A stretch of 64,000 nucleotides of DNA, from contig JAXHMG010000003.1 in NCBI GenBank assembly GCA_034521595.1, positions 2,592,001 through 2,656,000 of the forward strand, given 5' to 3'. This DNA is from Gemmatimonadota bacterium. GTDB lineage: Bacteria; Gemmatimonadota; Gemmatimonadetes; Longimicrobiales; Gaopeijiaceae. A program made the translations under genes and the position numbers. The notes under the pieces were generated by a model. The model did not search any database. It was not told the DNA's origin and was given only the letters and a program-made list of their open reading frames with translations. Each line of letters begins with the position of its first letter. The stretch's first letter is position 1. Positions 51,053-59,483 of this stretch are shown here, one piece after another.

Positions 51053-51472
51053 TCAACCCGCGTCGGCGGCGCGGAAGCGGTAGCACCACGCCTCTCCCTC
51101 CAACACCGTCTCGCCCTCCTGCCGCCTTACCTCCACGCGCAGCTGACATACCGGCTTTTCCGGGTGCACGCTCTGAACTTCCGCGAGGCCCGTGATGGTG
51201 TCCCCGATGTAGACGGGCGCCGTGAACTTCCAGTCCTGGCTCAGAAACACGGTCCCGGCTCCGGGCATGTCCTCGGCCACCAACGCGTGTAACACGCCAG
51301 TGGTGATTCCCCCTTGAGCCGTGAGGCGACCGAACGGGGTCCCGGCGGCGAACGCCTCGTCGAAGTGCAACGGGTTGTGGTCACCCGTGATCTCCGCGTA
51401 TCGCCGGACGTGCTCCTCCGTCACGGTCATGGTTCGCGAAGCCGTCTGTCCGGGCACGAGGTCCAGCTTCAT
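51053..51472 (-). CDS. MaoC family dehydratase
   Basis: TGDHNPLHFD, FTAPVYIGDTI. Confidence 0.92.
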   Translation of the reverse strand: MKLDLVPGQTASRTMTVTEEHVRRYAEITGDHNPLHFDEAFAAGTPFGRLTAQGGITTGVLHALVAEDMPGAGTVFLSQDWKFTAPVYIGDTITGLAEVQSVHPEKPVCQLRVEVRRQEGETVLEGEAWCYRFRAADAG

Positions 51473-51535
51473 CTCCGCTCTCCCAGAAGAGTGTTGAAGG
51501 GGTAGGGCAGCCGATCTCAGCTCCCTCACCACCGG

Positions 51536-52540
51536 CTACTTCCCATCTTCACCCTCTCCACCCTCGGCGGAAAGCTCCAGGGAGGCGATGAAGGCCTCGA
51601 TGCGGGTTTGAACGAGGTCTGTGCTTTGGGGTGACAGCGCGGCACCCGCCGGCACGTGTCGGTCCGGATCGCCGGGCTCCTCCACCGGGACAATCTCCTT
51701 TCGGGCCGATCCGAGCCGTCCGAAAGCACGCTGCGTCTCGCGTGCGTCCACGACCCGGTCACCGGGGACGTAGGCGACGAGCGCGGGGGCCGTGACGCGC
51801 TCCAGCTCGGAGGTCCGCACATGCTCGACGAGCGCCATCATGGGAAGGAGTGCTCGTGTAGGGTAGCACGTCGTCCAATAGCGCTCGTGCAGCACGCCGT
51901 GCGTCTCGGAGCAGCGCTCGGGCCCCTCCACGAGCCGGGCGATCCATCCGCCCCACGGCCAGAGGAGCACCCGGGAGGTCGGATCAGCCGGGTGGAAATT
52001 CGGTGAAAGCAGCACGAGCGCCGATACGTGCTCCCTGAGCCGCGGCTCCATCGCCGCCCAGGTCGCCAGAGTTCCTCCGGTCGAGGTCCCGACCAGGATG
52101 ACGTGGGTCCCCAGTCTGCGTCCCACTGCGACGGCCTCGGCTGTGTCCTCGAGCCAGTCGTCGACCGTCACCTCACCCATCGCGGAAGCGCTCCGGCCGT
52201 GACCGGCCAGCCTGGCGAAGTACACGTTCGCCCCGAGCGTGCGCCCGAGGTCGGTCATGAGCGGTTCGACCTCGTGGGGGTCGGCGGAGAACCCATGGAG
52301 ATAGACGAGGGCAAGGCCGGTGCGCCGACGCTCGGTGGAATCCCTCCAGACCACCCGCTTGGCCGCCCCGGGGCGGAGGTCGGGAATCCCGCGCTCCGAG
52401 GCCGCCAGATACGCGTCGACGTCCCTCCCGACGTCGGGCATCCCCTCGAGCGTGCCCATCGAAGCGCGCGGGCCCGACCAGACACCGAACAGGAGGAGCG
52501 ACAGCGCGACCAGGAGCACAGCGAGCTTGCGCGCGCTCAC
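51536..52540 (-). CDS. Alpha/beta hydrolase with N-terminal anchor
   Basis: YLHGFS, LAGHG, GTSTGG nucleophile elbow. Confidence 0.88.
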   Translation of the reverse strand: MSARKLAVLLVALSLLLFGVWSGPRASMGTLEGMPDVGRDVDAYLAASERGIPDLRPGAAKRVVWRDSTERRRTGLALVYLHGFSADPHEVEPLMTDLGRTLGANVYFARLAGHGRSASAMGEVTVDDWLEDTAEAVAVGRRLGTHVILVGTSTGGTLATWAAMEPRLREHVSALVLLSPNFHPADPTSRVLLWPWGGWIARLVEGPERCSETHGVLHERYWTTCYPTRALLPMMALVEHVRTSELERVTAPALVAYVPGDRVVDARETQRAFGRLGSARKEIVPVEEPGDPDRHVPAGAALSPQSTDLVQTRIEAFIASLELSAEGGEGEDGK

Positions 52541-52650
52541 GGCTGCCCCCCCGGGACCATTCGCGTCGCTTCCGTGCCGCAGAGTCGACTGGCAGGAATC
52601 GCCGGGGCATCCGAGATTTCAGCGACCCTCGACTGGAGTGAATCATCAGG

Positions 52651-53142
52651 ATGCCAAGCGACGACGCGCACATGGGCCTCGGACGGGCGAGCGAACACGC
52701 CGACGTAACCGACCCGGAGACGGGCCTCGCGAACAAGCTCCACTTCGACCTGGTCTACCGGTACCTCTTTCTCGCCGGGGACCGCGGGGTCGCGTTCACG
52801 GTCATGCTCATCTCCGTGGACGAGCCGAGCGCCCCGGAGGGCAGGCTCCCGAATCAGGAGGATATCGCGAACACGATCCACCGCACGACGCGAGCCGCGG
52901 ACCTGGTCGCTCATGTCGAGCAGGGGCGGTACGCGGTGCTTCTCCTCGGCACCAACCTCCCGGGCGCCCGGATCGCGGCGGACCGTCTCGAAGCCGCGCT
53001 CCGCGAGCATTCCTTCGGCCCACCCGCCATCGGGCTGGCGACGTTCAACCCGGACATCGCCGACTCCGCGGAGCTTCTCCGAGCGGCCGAGTCCGCGCTG
53101 GACGCGGCCCACGCGGCCGGCGGTGGTGTGGAGATGGCTTGA
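52651..53142 (+). CDS. Stand-alone degenerate GGDEF-domain protein
   Basis: TDPETGLAN, R.ADLVAH, AVLL, IGLA, AELLRAAESAL..A; GGDEF replaced by EQGRY. Confidence 0.75.
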   Translation: MPSDDAHMGLGRASEHADVTDPETGLANKLHFDLVYRYLFLAGDRGVAFTVMLISVDEPSAPEGRLPNQEDIANTIHRTTRAADLVAHVEQGRYAVLLLGTNLPGARIAADRLEAALREHSFGPPAIGLATFNPDIADSAELLRAAESALDAAHAAGGGVEMA

Positions 53143-53155
53143 GCCCATCGATCCA

Positions 53156-53773
53156 TTGCACTCTTCTGATCGGTTCGAGCATCTGGTCGACCAGACGACC
53201 GGCACGCAGCCCTGGCGCCGGATCGTCCATGCCGTGAACGGCATCACGTTCGCGTCCATCCTCACGTTCTGGCCCTACTCGGAAGCAACGGCGATCGTCC
53301 TGCTGACCGGCGCCGTCGCCGCTCTGCTCCTCCTCGACGCGCTCCGCCTCAGGCTCCGCCGACTGAACGCGTGCTTCTTTCGAGTCTTCAACCGGCTCGC
53401 ATCGCCACGCGAAGCCGACCACATCGCCTCCTCGACATGGTACATGCTCGGCATCACGCTGGCCGTCGTTCTATCGCCGACGTGGGCGGCGGTATCCGGT
53501 ATCCTCGTCCTGGCCCTGGCCGACCCCACGGCGAGCTACGTCGGGCGACGATGGGGTCGTCGTCCCTTCCTGGGCGGGTCAATGGAAGGAAGCGCGGTCT
53601 TCTTCCTCGTCACGCTAGCGGTGCTTCTCCCCCGTCATCCCTGGGCGGTCGCCCTCGCTGTGGCGCTACCGATCACGGTGCTCGAGCGCCGAGCGTGGCC
53701 CCTCGACGACAACCTCGCGATCCCCGTCGCGTGCTCGGTCCTGTTGCATTGGTTGGAGGGCCAGCCCTTCTAA
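53156..53773 (+). CDS. Dolichol/diacylglycerol (polyprenol) kinase-like membrane protein
   Basis: RRIVH, LALADPTASYVGRRWG, SMEGS, LDDNLAIP. Start uncertain. Confidence 0.82.
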   Translation: MHSSDRFEHLVDQTTGTQPWRRIVHAVNGITFASILTFWPYSEATAIVLLTGAVAALLLLDALRLRLRRLNACFFRVFNRLASPREADHIASSTWYMLGITLAVVLSPTWAAVSGILVLALADPTASYVGRRWGRRPFLGGSMEGSAVFFLVTLAVLLPRHPWAVALAVALPITVLERRAWPLDDNLAIPVACSVLLHWLEGQPF

Positions 53774-54132
53774 CAATCCACCAACTCGATCGTGTCCGGG
53801 CGGTTCGGCACGACGCAGAGGAACTCGAAGGGCTCCTCGCCCTGGTCGGCTTCGTAGTTGTGAGGCACGCCCTCCGGAATGTATACGACGTCGCCCGCCT
53901 TGACGTGGTGGACCTCGTCTCCGATCTGCACGCGCGCGCTTCCCCGGAGGACGTATTGCTCGTGCTCCACCGTGTTGGTGTGCATCGGCATGCCGCCGCC
54001 CGGCTCCATGATGAACCGCCGCATGGCGAAGTTCGGTCCTTCGTCGGGACCGATCAGCACCTGACGCTTCGTCCCGGTCCCGGCCTGGACCTGTTCGGCG
54101 GGCAACGTATCTGCATGACGTACGGAAGACAT
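53770..54132 (-). CDS. Cupin domain protein
   Basis: FAMRRF.MEPGG..P.H....EHEQYVL.G, GDVVYIP..VPH.Y; AGGAG RBS. Confidence 0.92.
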   Translation of the reverse strand: MSSVRHADTLPAEQVQAGTGTKRQVLIGPDEGPNFAMRRFIMEPGGGMPMHTNTVEHEQYVLRGSARVQIGDEVHHVKAGDVVYIPEGVPHNYEADQGEEPFEFLCVVPNRPDTIELVDC

Positions 54133-54281
54133 TCCGCTCTCCTGTCGTTCGGTGTTGGACAGCGCGTGGCGAACGCCGTACGGCCGGCGTTCCCCGGACC
54201 ACGGACTGCTCCGTGAAGTGGAGCGCAACAGGCGTGACCGCGCAAGGATCGAGACCGGCCACTGCTACACCCATCCACACG

Positions 54282-54317
54282 AAAACGGCCCGGCAGAACC
54301 GAAGCTCCACCGGACCG
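54282..54317 (-). terminator. Intrinsic terminator (minus strand)
   Basis: Minus strand reads CGGTCCGGTGGAGC-TTCG-GTTCTGCCGGGCCG-TTTT: a C(UUCG)G tetraloop, G-U pairs that work on this strand, and a U tail. Confidence 0.8.
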
Positions 54318-54472
54318 GTGCGAGACGCCCGTGACCCTCCCGCCAACGGACGTCCGCATGTTTCGTGGCTCCACCGAAAACCCCTGCCCGAAGCTCCCGG
54401 TGGAGCCCGGGAGGCTTCGACCGACGATCGTCGTGTCGACCGATCGTGTGCTCGGTGCCAGCCCCCGCATGC
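54282..54472 (-). ncRNA. Candidate structured sRNA or cis-regulatory leader (about 190 nt), family not recognised
   Basis: TAGACT -10-like hexamer at 54484-54479, nested long-range stems, two internal hairpins, then the terminator; no credible ORF. Confidence 0.45.
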
Positions 54473-54529
54473 TGATTTAGTCTAACTGCCGCAGTCGCCG
54501 GGATCAGTCGGGAAGGGCCTTAACCGAAT

Positions 54530-54546
54530 GTAGGGGATTCCCCTAC
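54530..54546. promoter_or_regulatory. Perfect 8-1-8 palindrome, candidate transcription-factor site
   Basis: GTAGGGGA-T-TCCCCTAC, about 60-75 nt upstream of the putative ncRNA start. Confidence 0.55.
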
Positions 54547-54650
54547 GGGGACACCCAGTGCCACACTGATCCCACCAAGCCCGCGGCCCGATCGCATACC
54601 GGCGCGGCGGGATCTAGCGGCCCGTGGTAGGCTCGGCCCCGGACGCCGGC

Positions 54651-55061
54651 TCAGGACCGGGGTCGGTAGACGCTCACCCGGAGAGGCGGTGCGATGGAGT
54701 AGCTGAACCGGAGACGGTTCTCCCCTTCCACGATCACGTTGGAGATCTTCTGGCGCGTCTTGGGATAGTCGTGCCCCTGCTCGTTCTCGACGATGAGCAC
54801 CTCGTCCTCGTCGAGATTCTCGACGAGTGTGTCGAGCTGCTGACGCAAGCGGTCCAACAGCACCTGCTCGGTTTCGTCCTGTACGTCCCCTTCGGCTTCG
54901 CTCACGAGCTCGTGGACGTCCCCCCGTTCGTATCGCTCCTCGAGCTCCTCGAGAGATATCGCTCGGGCTCGGTTTCTACGGAACGACACCTCGTTCAGAG
55001 CCTTGGAATCGAAGTTGGGATCGACGCTCTGGTACGTATCGCCGTATTTCTTGAAGATCAT
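54651..55061 (-). CDS. Conserved-type hypothetical protein
   Basis: Protein-like acidic ORF directly downstream of the DEAD-box gene. Confidence 0.75.
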   Translation of the reverse strand: MIFKKYGDTYQSVDPNFDSKALNEVSFRRNRARAISLEELEERYERGDVHELVSEAEGDVQDETEQVLLDRLRQQLDTLVENLDEDEVLIVENEQGHDYPKTRQKISNVIVEGENRLRFSYSIAPPLRVSVYRPRS

Positions 55062-55072
55062 CCCAGAGACGC

Positions 55073-56332
55073 TCAGGAGTCGGGGTTCAGGAGCGCATCG
55101 AGCTCTTCGGGCGTCAACTCGTCGGCGGAACGGGAGCCCATGCCGTGCGGGGAGCGGGACCTGCGTCCGCGCGTGGCCGCCGCGCGCGTCTCGGTCTTGG
55201 GGGCTCCGGAATAGTCGTACTCGGGAAGGTGCTCTCGCTCGATGGGCCGGTCCAACCGATGCTCGATGCTCTTCACGGCGCCCAGATCCCCCGCGGTCAC
55301 GAACGTGACGGCCGTACCCGTCGCGCCGGCCCGGCCTGTGCGGCCGATCCGGTGCACGTAGTCTTCGGGATCCAACGGAACGTCATAGTTGACGACATGG
55401 CTGATGCCCTCCACGTCCAGGCCGCGCTGCGCGACGTCGGTCGCGACGAGAGCCCTGACCTTCCCCGAGGCGAACCGCTCCAGTGCACGAGTGCGGTGTT
55501 TCATCTGCCGATCCGAATGCATGACGTCGACCTCGATCCCCTCACGCTCCAGCCGTCGCTCGAGCACGTCGGCTCCCGCTTTGGTGCGGGTGAAGATCAA
55601 CACCTGACTCCACTCGGGATTGGACATCAACTCGATGAGCAGCTCCGGCTTCTTGTCCGGCTTGACGGAATAGAAGCGTTCCTCGATCCCGACCGCCGTC
55701 GTGCCGGAGGGGGTCGCCTCGATCCACTCCGCATCGCGCGTGAGACGGAGCGCCAGGTCGTGCACGCCGTTCGGCATGGTGGCGCTGAAGAGCATCGTCT
55801 GACGCTTGGACGGCATCGACCGGAACACGTCCTCGATTTGCGGACGGAAGCCCATATCCAGCATGCGGTCGGCCTCGTCGAGAACGAGGTATTGGACGTT
55901 CGACAGGTCGACTCTGCCCGACCCCATGTGATCGATGAAGCGACCCGGTGTCGCGACGATCACCTCGTAGCCCTGATCCAAGGCCGTGATCTGCGGCCCG
56001 TAGCCCACACCACCGAAGATGCTCTCACTTCGGATGCTCGTGCCCTTTGCCAGGGCCTGTGTGTCTTCGTGGACCTGTTGCGCGAGCTCTCGCGTCGGGC
56101 AGAGCACCAAGATCTGCAAGCCCTTTCCCGCCTCGATACGCTCCAGGCCGGGAATCATGAACGCACCGGTCTTACCCGTGCCGGTCTGCGCCACGCCCAC
56201 GATATCGGAACCGGCGAGAGCGGGTGGAATGGCCCGTTCCTGAATGGGCGTGGGGGTCGTCCACCCGAGCGCCTCGACGGCAGCCAGGCGGTCCGAAGAG
56301 AGGCCGAGATCGGCGAAGCTTTTCGTATCCAA
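55073..56332 (-). CDS. DEAD-box RNA helicase (RhlE-like)
   Basis: PTPIQ, AQTGTGKT, PTRELA, TPGR, LDEADRMLDMGF, SAT, QRGLD, HRIGRTGR. Confidence 0.96.
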   Translation of the reverse strand: MDTKSFADLGLSSDRLAAVEALGWTTPTPIQERAIPPALAGSDIVGVAQTGTGKTGAFMIPGLERIEAGKGLQILVLCPTRELAQQVHEDTQALAKGTSIRSESIFGGVGYGPQITALDQGYEVIVATPGRFIDHMGSGRVDLSNVQYLVLDEADRMLDMGFRPQIEDVFRSMPSKRQTMLFSATMPNGVHDLALRLTRDAEWIEATPSGTTAVGIEERFYSVKPDKKPELLIELMSNPEWSQVLIFTRTKAGADVLERRLEREGIEVDVMHSDRQMKHRTRALERFASGKVRALVATDVAQRGLDVEGISHVVNYDVPLDPEDYVHRIGRTGRAGATGTAVTFVTAGDLGAVKSIEHRLDRPIEREHLPEYDYSGAPKTETRAAATRGRRSRSPHGMGSRSADELTPEELDALLNPDS

Positions 56333-56588
56333 AGAAGACTCTTCCTGCTGAGCGCATCACGGGGTAGCGGCCCCCGAAACGTGACACCCGAGGAGCCTGA
56401 AGTTGATGAGGCGCGCTCGATCCGATGGGCCACCGTGCGTGTGACGTAGGCTCGATCGGATGCGCCCCGGCCAAGAAGATAACGAGCTTCCTTGCCAAGG
56501 GTGTAGGAGCTTGGACAACTTGGCCGCATCCCGAACGGGAGTGCTCCGAACTTTTCATCGACCCGACACGAGTGAGCCTGCCACCGCC

Positions 56589-57086
56589 ATGGACGCAGAT
56601 TCCACGAACGAGGATCGCATCTCGGTTCTGTTCGTCTGTCTCGGCAACATCTGCCGCTCTCCGCTCGCCGAAGGCGTCTTCCGAGCCCTCGTCGACGAAC
56701 GCGGCCTGAACGACCAATTCGAGATCGACTCGGCCGGAACCGGAGGTTGGCACGTGGGCGAGCAGGCGGACTCGCGAGCCACCATGGTCGCGAAGCGCTA
56801 CGGCGTGGCGCTCGAAAGCCGTGCCCGGCAGGTCACGGAGGAAGATCTCTCCCGCTTCGACTACGTCATCGCGATGGACCGCGACAACCTCGACGTGCTC
56901 GAGGGTATGTTGGGGTCGTCCGAGGCGGATACCGAGCTGCACCTTCTTCGGGAATTCGACCCTCGAGGAGACGGCGATGAAGTGCCGGACCCGTACTACG
57001 GCGGTGCGAGCGGGTTCGAGAACGTCTACGAGATGATCGAACGCTCCTGCACGGCTCTGCTCGACCACATGCTCGCACAACGGTGA
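56589..57086 (+). CDS. Low-molecular-weight protein-tyrosine phosphatase
   Basis: FVCLGNICRSP, DSAGT, VPDPYYG. Confidence 0.96.
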   Translation: MDADSTNEDRISVLFVCLGNICRSPLAEGVFRALVDERGLNDQFEIDSAGTGGWHVGEQADSRATMVAKRYGVALESRARQVTEEDLSRFDYVIAMDRDNLDVLEGMLGSSEADTELHLLREFDPRGDGDEVPDPYYGGASGFENVYEMIERSCTALLDHMLAQR

Positions 57087-57988
57087 TCGACGCGCTGCCG
57101 GAGGAGTTGCGCCACGGGGTCGAGCAGGCGCTTCGCACACGGGAGCAATCGCCACGGATCGTCCGCGTGGAGCCGGTGGCCGGCGGGTGCATCCACAACG
57201 GCTGCCTGATCGTGACAGACACTGGCTCCGAGTGGTTCCTGAAGTGGAACCGGACGGTCCCACCGGGCATGTTCGAGGCGGAAGCCGAGGGCCTTCGGGC
57301 CCTCCGAGCCACCGGCGCCGTGAGGGTGCCCGAGCCCATGGCCTGCGAGGCCCCCGAGACGGAAGGTCCCGCGTGGCTCCTCATGGAGTACGTGCGTCCT
57401 GGTCCCGTCCGACCGGGATCGGAGCAGGCCCTCGGGGCAGGGCTGGCCCGGCTGCACCGCTCCGCCGTCGACCGCACGTTCGGGTGGAGCGAGGACAACT
57501 GGATCGGCTCCCTCCCCCAAGCCAACCCGCTCATGGAGTCTTGGGGGGAGTTCTGGCGTGATGCGCGAATTCACCCTCAGCTCGAGCGAGCGCGGCGGAG
57601 CGGGAGGCTTCGCGATCCGGTATTCGACCGACTCCTCGAAGCCACGCCGGGTGCGCTCAGCCACGTCGTCCAACCGGAGCTCCTCCACGGCGACCTATGG
57701 CAAGGAAATACCTTGACGGCGGAGGACGGGGAGCCGGTGCTGATCGATCCGGCCGTGTACCGCGGCGACGGAGAAGTCGATCTCGCGATGTCGGAGCTCT
57801 TCGGCGGCTTCGGGTCGGCGTTCTACGAAGCCTACGCCACGGGCCGACCCATCACGTCCGAGTATCGCACATACGGCCGGGACCTCTACCAACTCTACTA
57901 CCTCCTGGTCCACGTGAACCTGTTCGGCGCTTCGTACGAATCCGCCACGCTCGCCGCGGCCAGACGGGTCATGGAGGCGGTCGGTTGA
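57083..57988 (+). CDS. Fructosamine/ketosamine-3-kinase family
   Basis: GGCIH, FEAEAEGL, DNWIG, LLHGDLW.GN, DPAVY.GD.EVDLAM.ELFGGF. Confidence 0.95.
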   Translation: MIDALPEELRHGVEQALRTREQSPRIVRVEPVAGGCIHNGCLIVTDTGSEWFLKWNRTVPPGMFEAEAEGLRALRATGAVRVPEPMACEAPETEGPAWLLMEYVRPGPVRPGSEQALGAGLARLHRSAVDRTFGWSEDNWIGSLPQANPLMESWGEFWRDARIHPQLERARRSGRLRDPVFDRLLEATPGALSHVVQPELLHGDLWQGNTLTAEDGEPVLIDPAVYRGDGEVDLAMSELFGGFGSAFYEAYATGRPITSEYRTYGRDLYQLYYLLVHVNLFGASYESATLAAARRVMEAVG

Positions 57989-58112
57989 AGGGCTTGGATC
58001 GACGCCGCGCTGGTCCTTTTCTTGCAGCCTGAAATCGGCGCACCTACCTTTCGTCGCGGGTCGATGGGGCGCCCCAACCCTTCCCCTTCCCCCATCTTCG
58101 GATGCATTGCAC

Positions 58113-59483
58113 ATGTCGGACAGGCGCGAGGCAGCCGCGCGTTCCGTGGCCGCGGCGAGTGATGTGACGCCCCCGGGTCCGGCGGCCGACCACGAACGAA
58201 TGCTCCTGCTCGAGTGCCGGCTGGAGCAGATGAGGGCGGCGGTCACGGCCGCCCGTGAGGAGGCCGACGACGCCCGGACCAAGCTGGCCGACGCGTGCGC
58301 GCGGGAAGCCACCCACATGCGCCGGTCGAGCGTTCTGCACGAGGAGCTCGCCGACGCGCGCGCCGAGATCGCCTCGCTCCACCGGCAACTGGAACGCTCC
58401 GAAGCCCTCAGGGCCGAAATCGAGGGACATCTTTTCGAAGGGGGAACCCGGGAAGACGCCGAGGAGCTGGTGCGCCTCCGCCAACAGGTCCTCGCCGAGG
58501 ATCAACGCTCCGTCGTGAACCATCGCACCCTGACCCGGCTGCGTGCCCGGATCGAAGAGCTCGTAGCGAGTCGGGAGACGCTGCTCACGCGGATCGCGGA
58601 GTGGCAGAAGCTCATCAGGGAAGATGGGCCGGAGGCCGCCGATCTTTCCGAGTTCCTGGCCGAGCTGCGCCGCGAGATCCTCGACCTCGAGCACCGAGAC
58701 GTCACCAGTGACGCCCGGGAGAAGGCACTGCGGGAGCGCCTGACTCAGGCGGGCATCGACCCGGACGCGGAAGCGACCGCTCTGGAGGCGGACGAGCCCG
58801 AGCCGCGCACCGACGAGGCGGTATCCACCGGAGCCGACCCGAGCGAGGACGCTTCCCCGGCTGCGGACCCGGCTGCGGACATGCCGGGCCGGAACCGCGA
58901 ACTGCCAGCGTCCCGCCGGTCGCCGGCCCCGGCCCGGCCAGGCCCCGCGCGGAGCGATACCGACGCCGCGACGGCCGAGTTGGCGGCGGCGGAGGGCCCC
59001 GCTCGGCGAGCGGACCTCCTGCTCCGTCTGGGCCGGAAGGGAGAAACGGGCATGCTCGACGTGATCCGCCCATGGACGGAAGCTCCGCAAGCCTCGGTGC
59101 GTGCCGCCGCGTACGAAGCTCTCGGCCGGCTTCTCGAACGAGAGCCCGAAACGCTGGAGCCGCACCTGCGCAGGGGGCTCGCCGACACGGACGCGCGCGT
59201 GCGGCGACGCGTGGTTCTGGCCGCGGCCACCGCTCGAGGGCTACCCCCCGAGTCTCTGCTGGAGCCCCTGGAGGAAGACCCCGACGGGCAGGTACGTCGC
59301 GTCGTCCGCGAGGTCCTCCGGCAAGCGCGATCGACCACATCCGACCCCCGGCAGAGCAACGGGCTTGGCCCGGGTGCCCGGGCACCGTCCGCGCCGACGC
59401 TGGAACGCGAGCCCACGCGGGATCCACGTCCCGAAAGCTCGCATGAGCCGGCCCACTCGCACCGTTCCTCGAGGGCTCGTTAG
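58113..59483 (+). CDS. pomY: PomY-like protein: N-terminal coiled coil, disordered linker, HEAT repeats, disordered C-tail
   Basis: E/R/L/A-rich heptads over about aa 25-215; HEAT-like SVRAAAYEALGRL, DARVRRRVVLAA, DPDGQVRRVVREVL; P/S/R-rich tail. Its stop overlaps the ATPase start (TAGTG). Confidence 0.72.
   Translation: MSDRREAAARSVAAASDVTPPGPAADHERMLLLECRLEQMRAAVTAAREEADDARTKLADACAREATHMRRSSVLHEELADARAEIASLHRQLERSEALRAEIEGHLFEGGTREDAEELVRLRQQVLAEDQRSVVNHRTLTRLRARIEELVASRETLLTRIAEWQKLIREDGPEAADLSEFLAELRREILDLEHRDVTSDAREKALRERLTQAGIDPDAEATALEADEPEPRTDEAVSTGADPSEDASPAADPAADMPGRNRELPASRRSPAPARPGPARSDTDAATAELAAAEGPARRADLLLRLGRKGETGMLDVIRPWTEAPQASVRAAAYEALGRLLEREPETLEPHLRRGLADTDARVRRRVVLAAATARGLPPESLLEPLEEDPDGQVRRVVREVLRQARSTTSDPRQSNGLGPGARAPSAPTLEREPTRDPRPESSHEPAHSHRSSRAR

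Noticed and set aside
54054-54470. 138-aa minus-strand ORF across the intergenic gap
   Set aside because: It runs through a terminator, overlaps the cupin gene out of frame, and has no RBS or protein-like composition.
54282-54573. Known riboswitch, ribozyme, tRNA, 6S RNA or retron ncRNA
   Set aside because: No recalled consensus matched by eye, the fold is branched rather than a 6S-like rod, and no reverse transcriptase is adjacent. An Rfam search is still needed.
58072-58099. Pyrimidine-rich CCCTTCCCCTTCCCC tract upstream of pomY (G-rich on the minus strand)
   Set aside because: Short low-complexity stretch with no supporting evidence of function.
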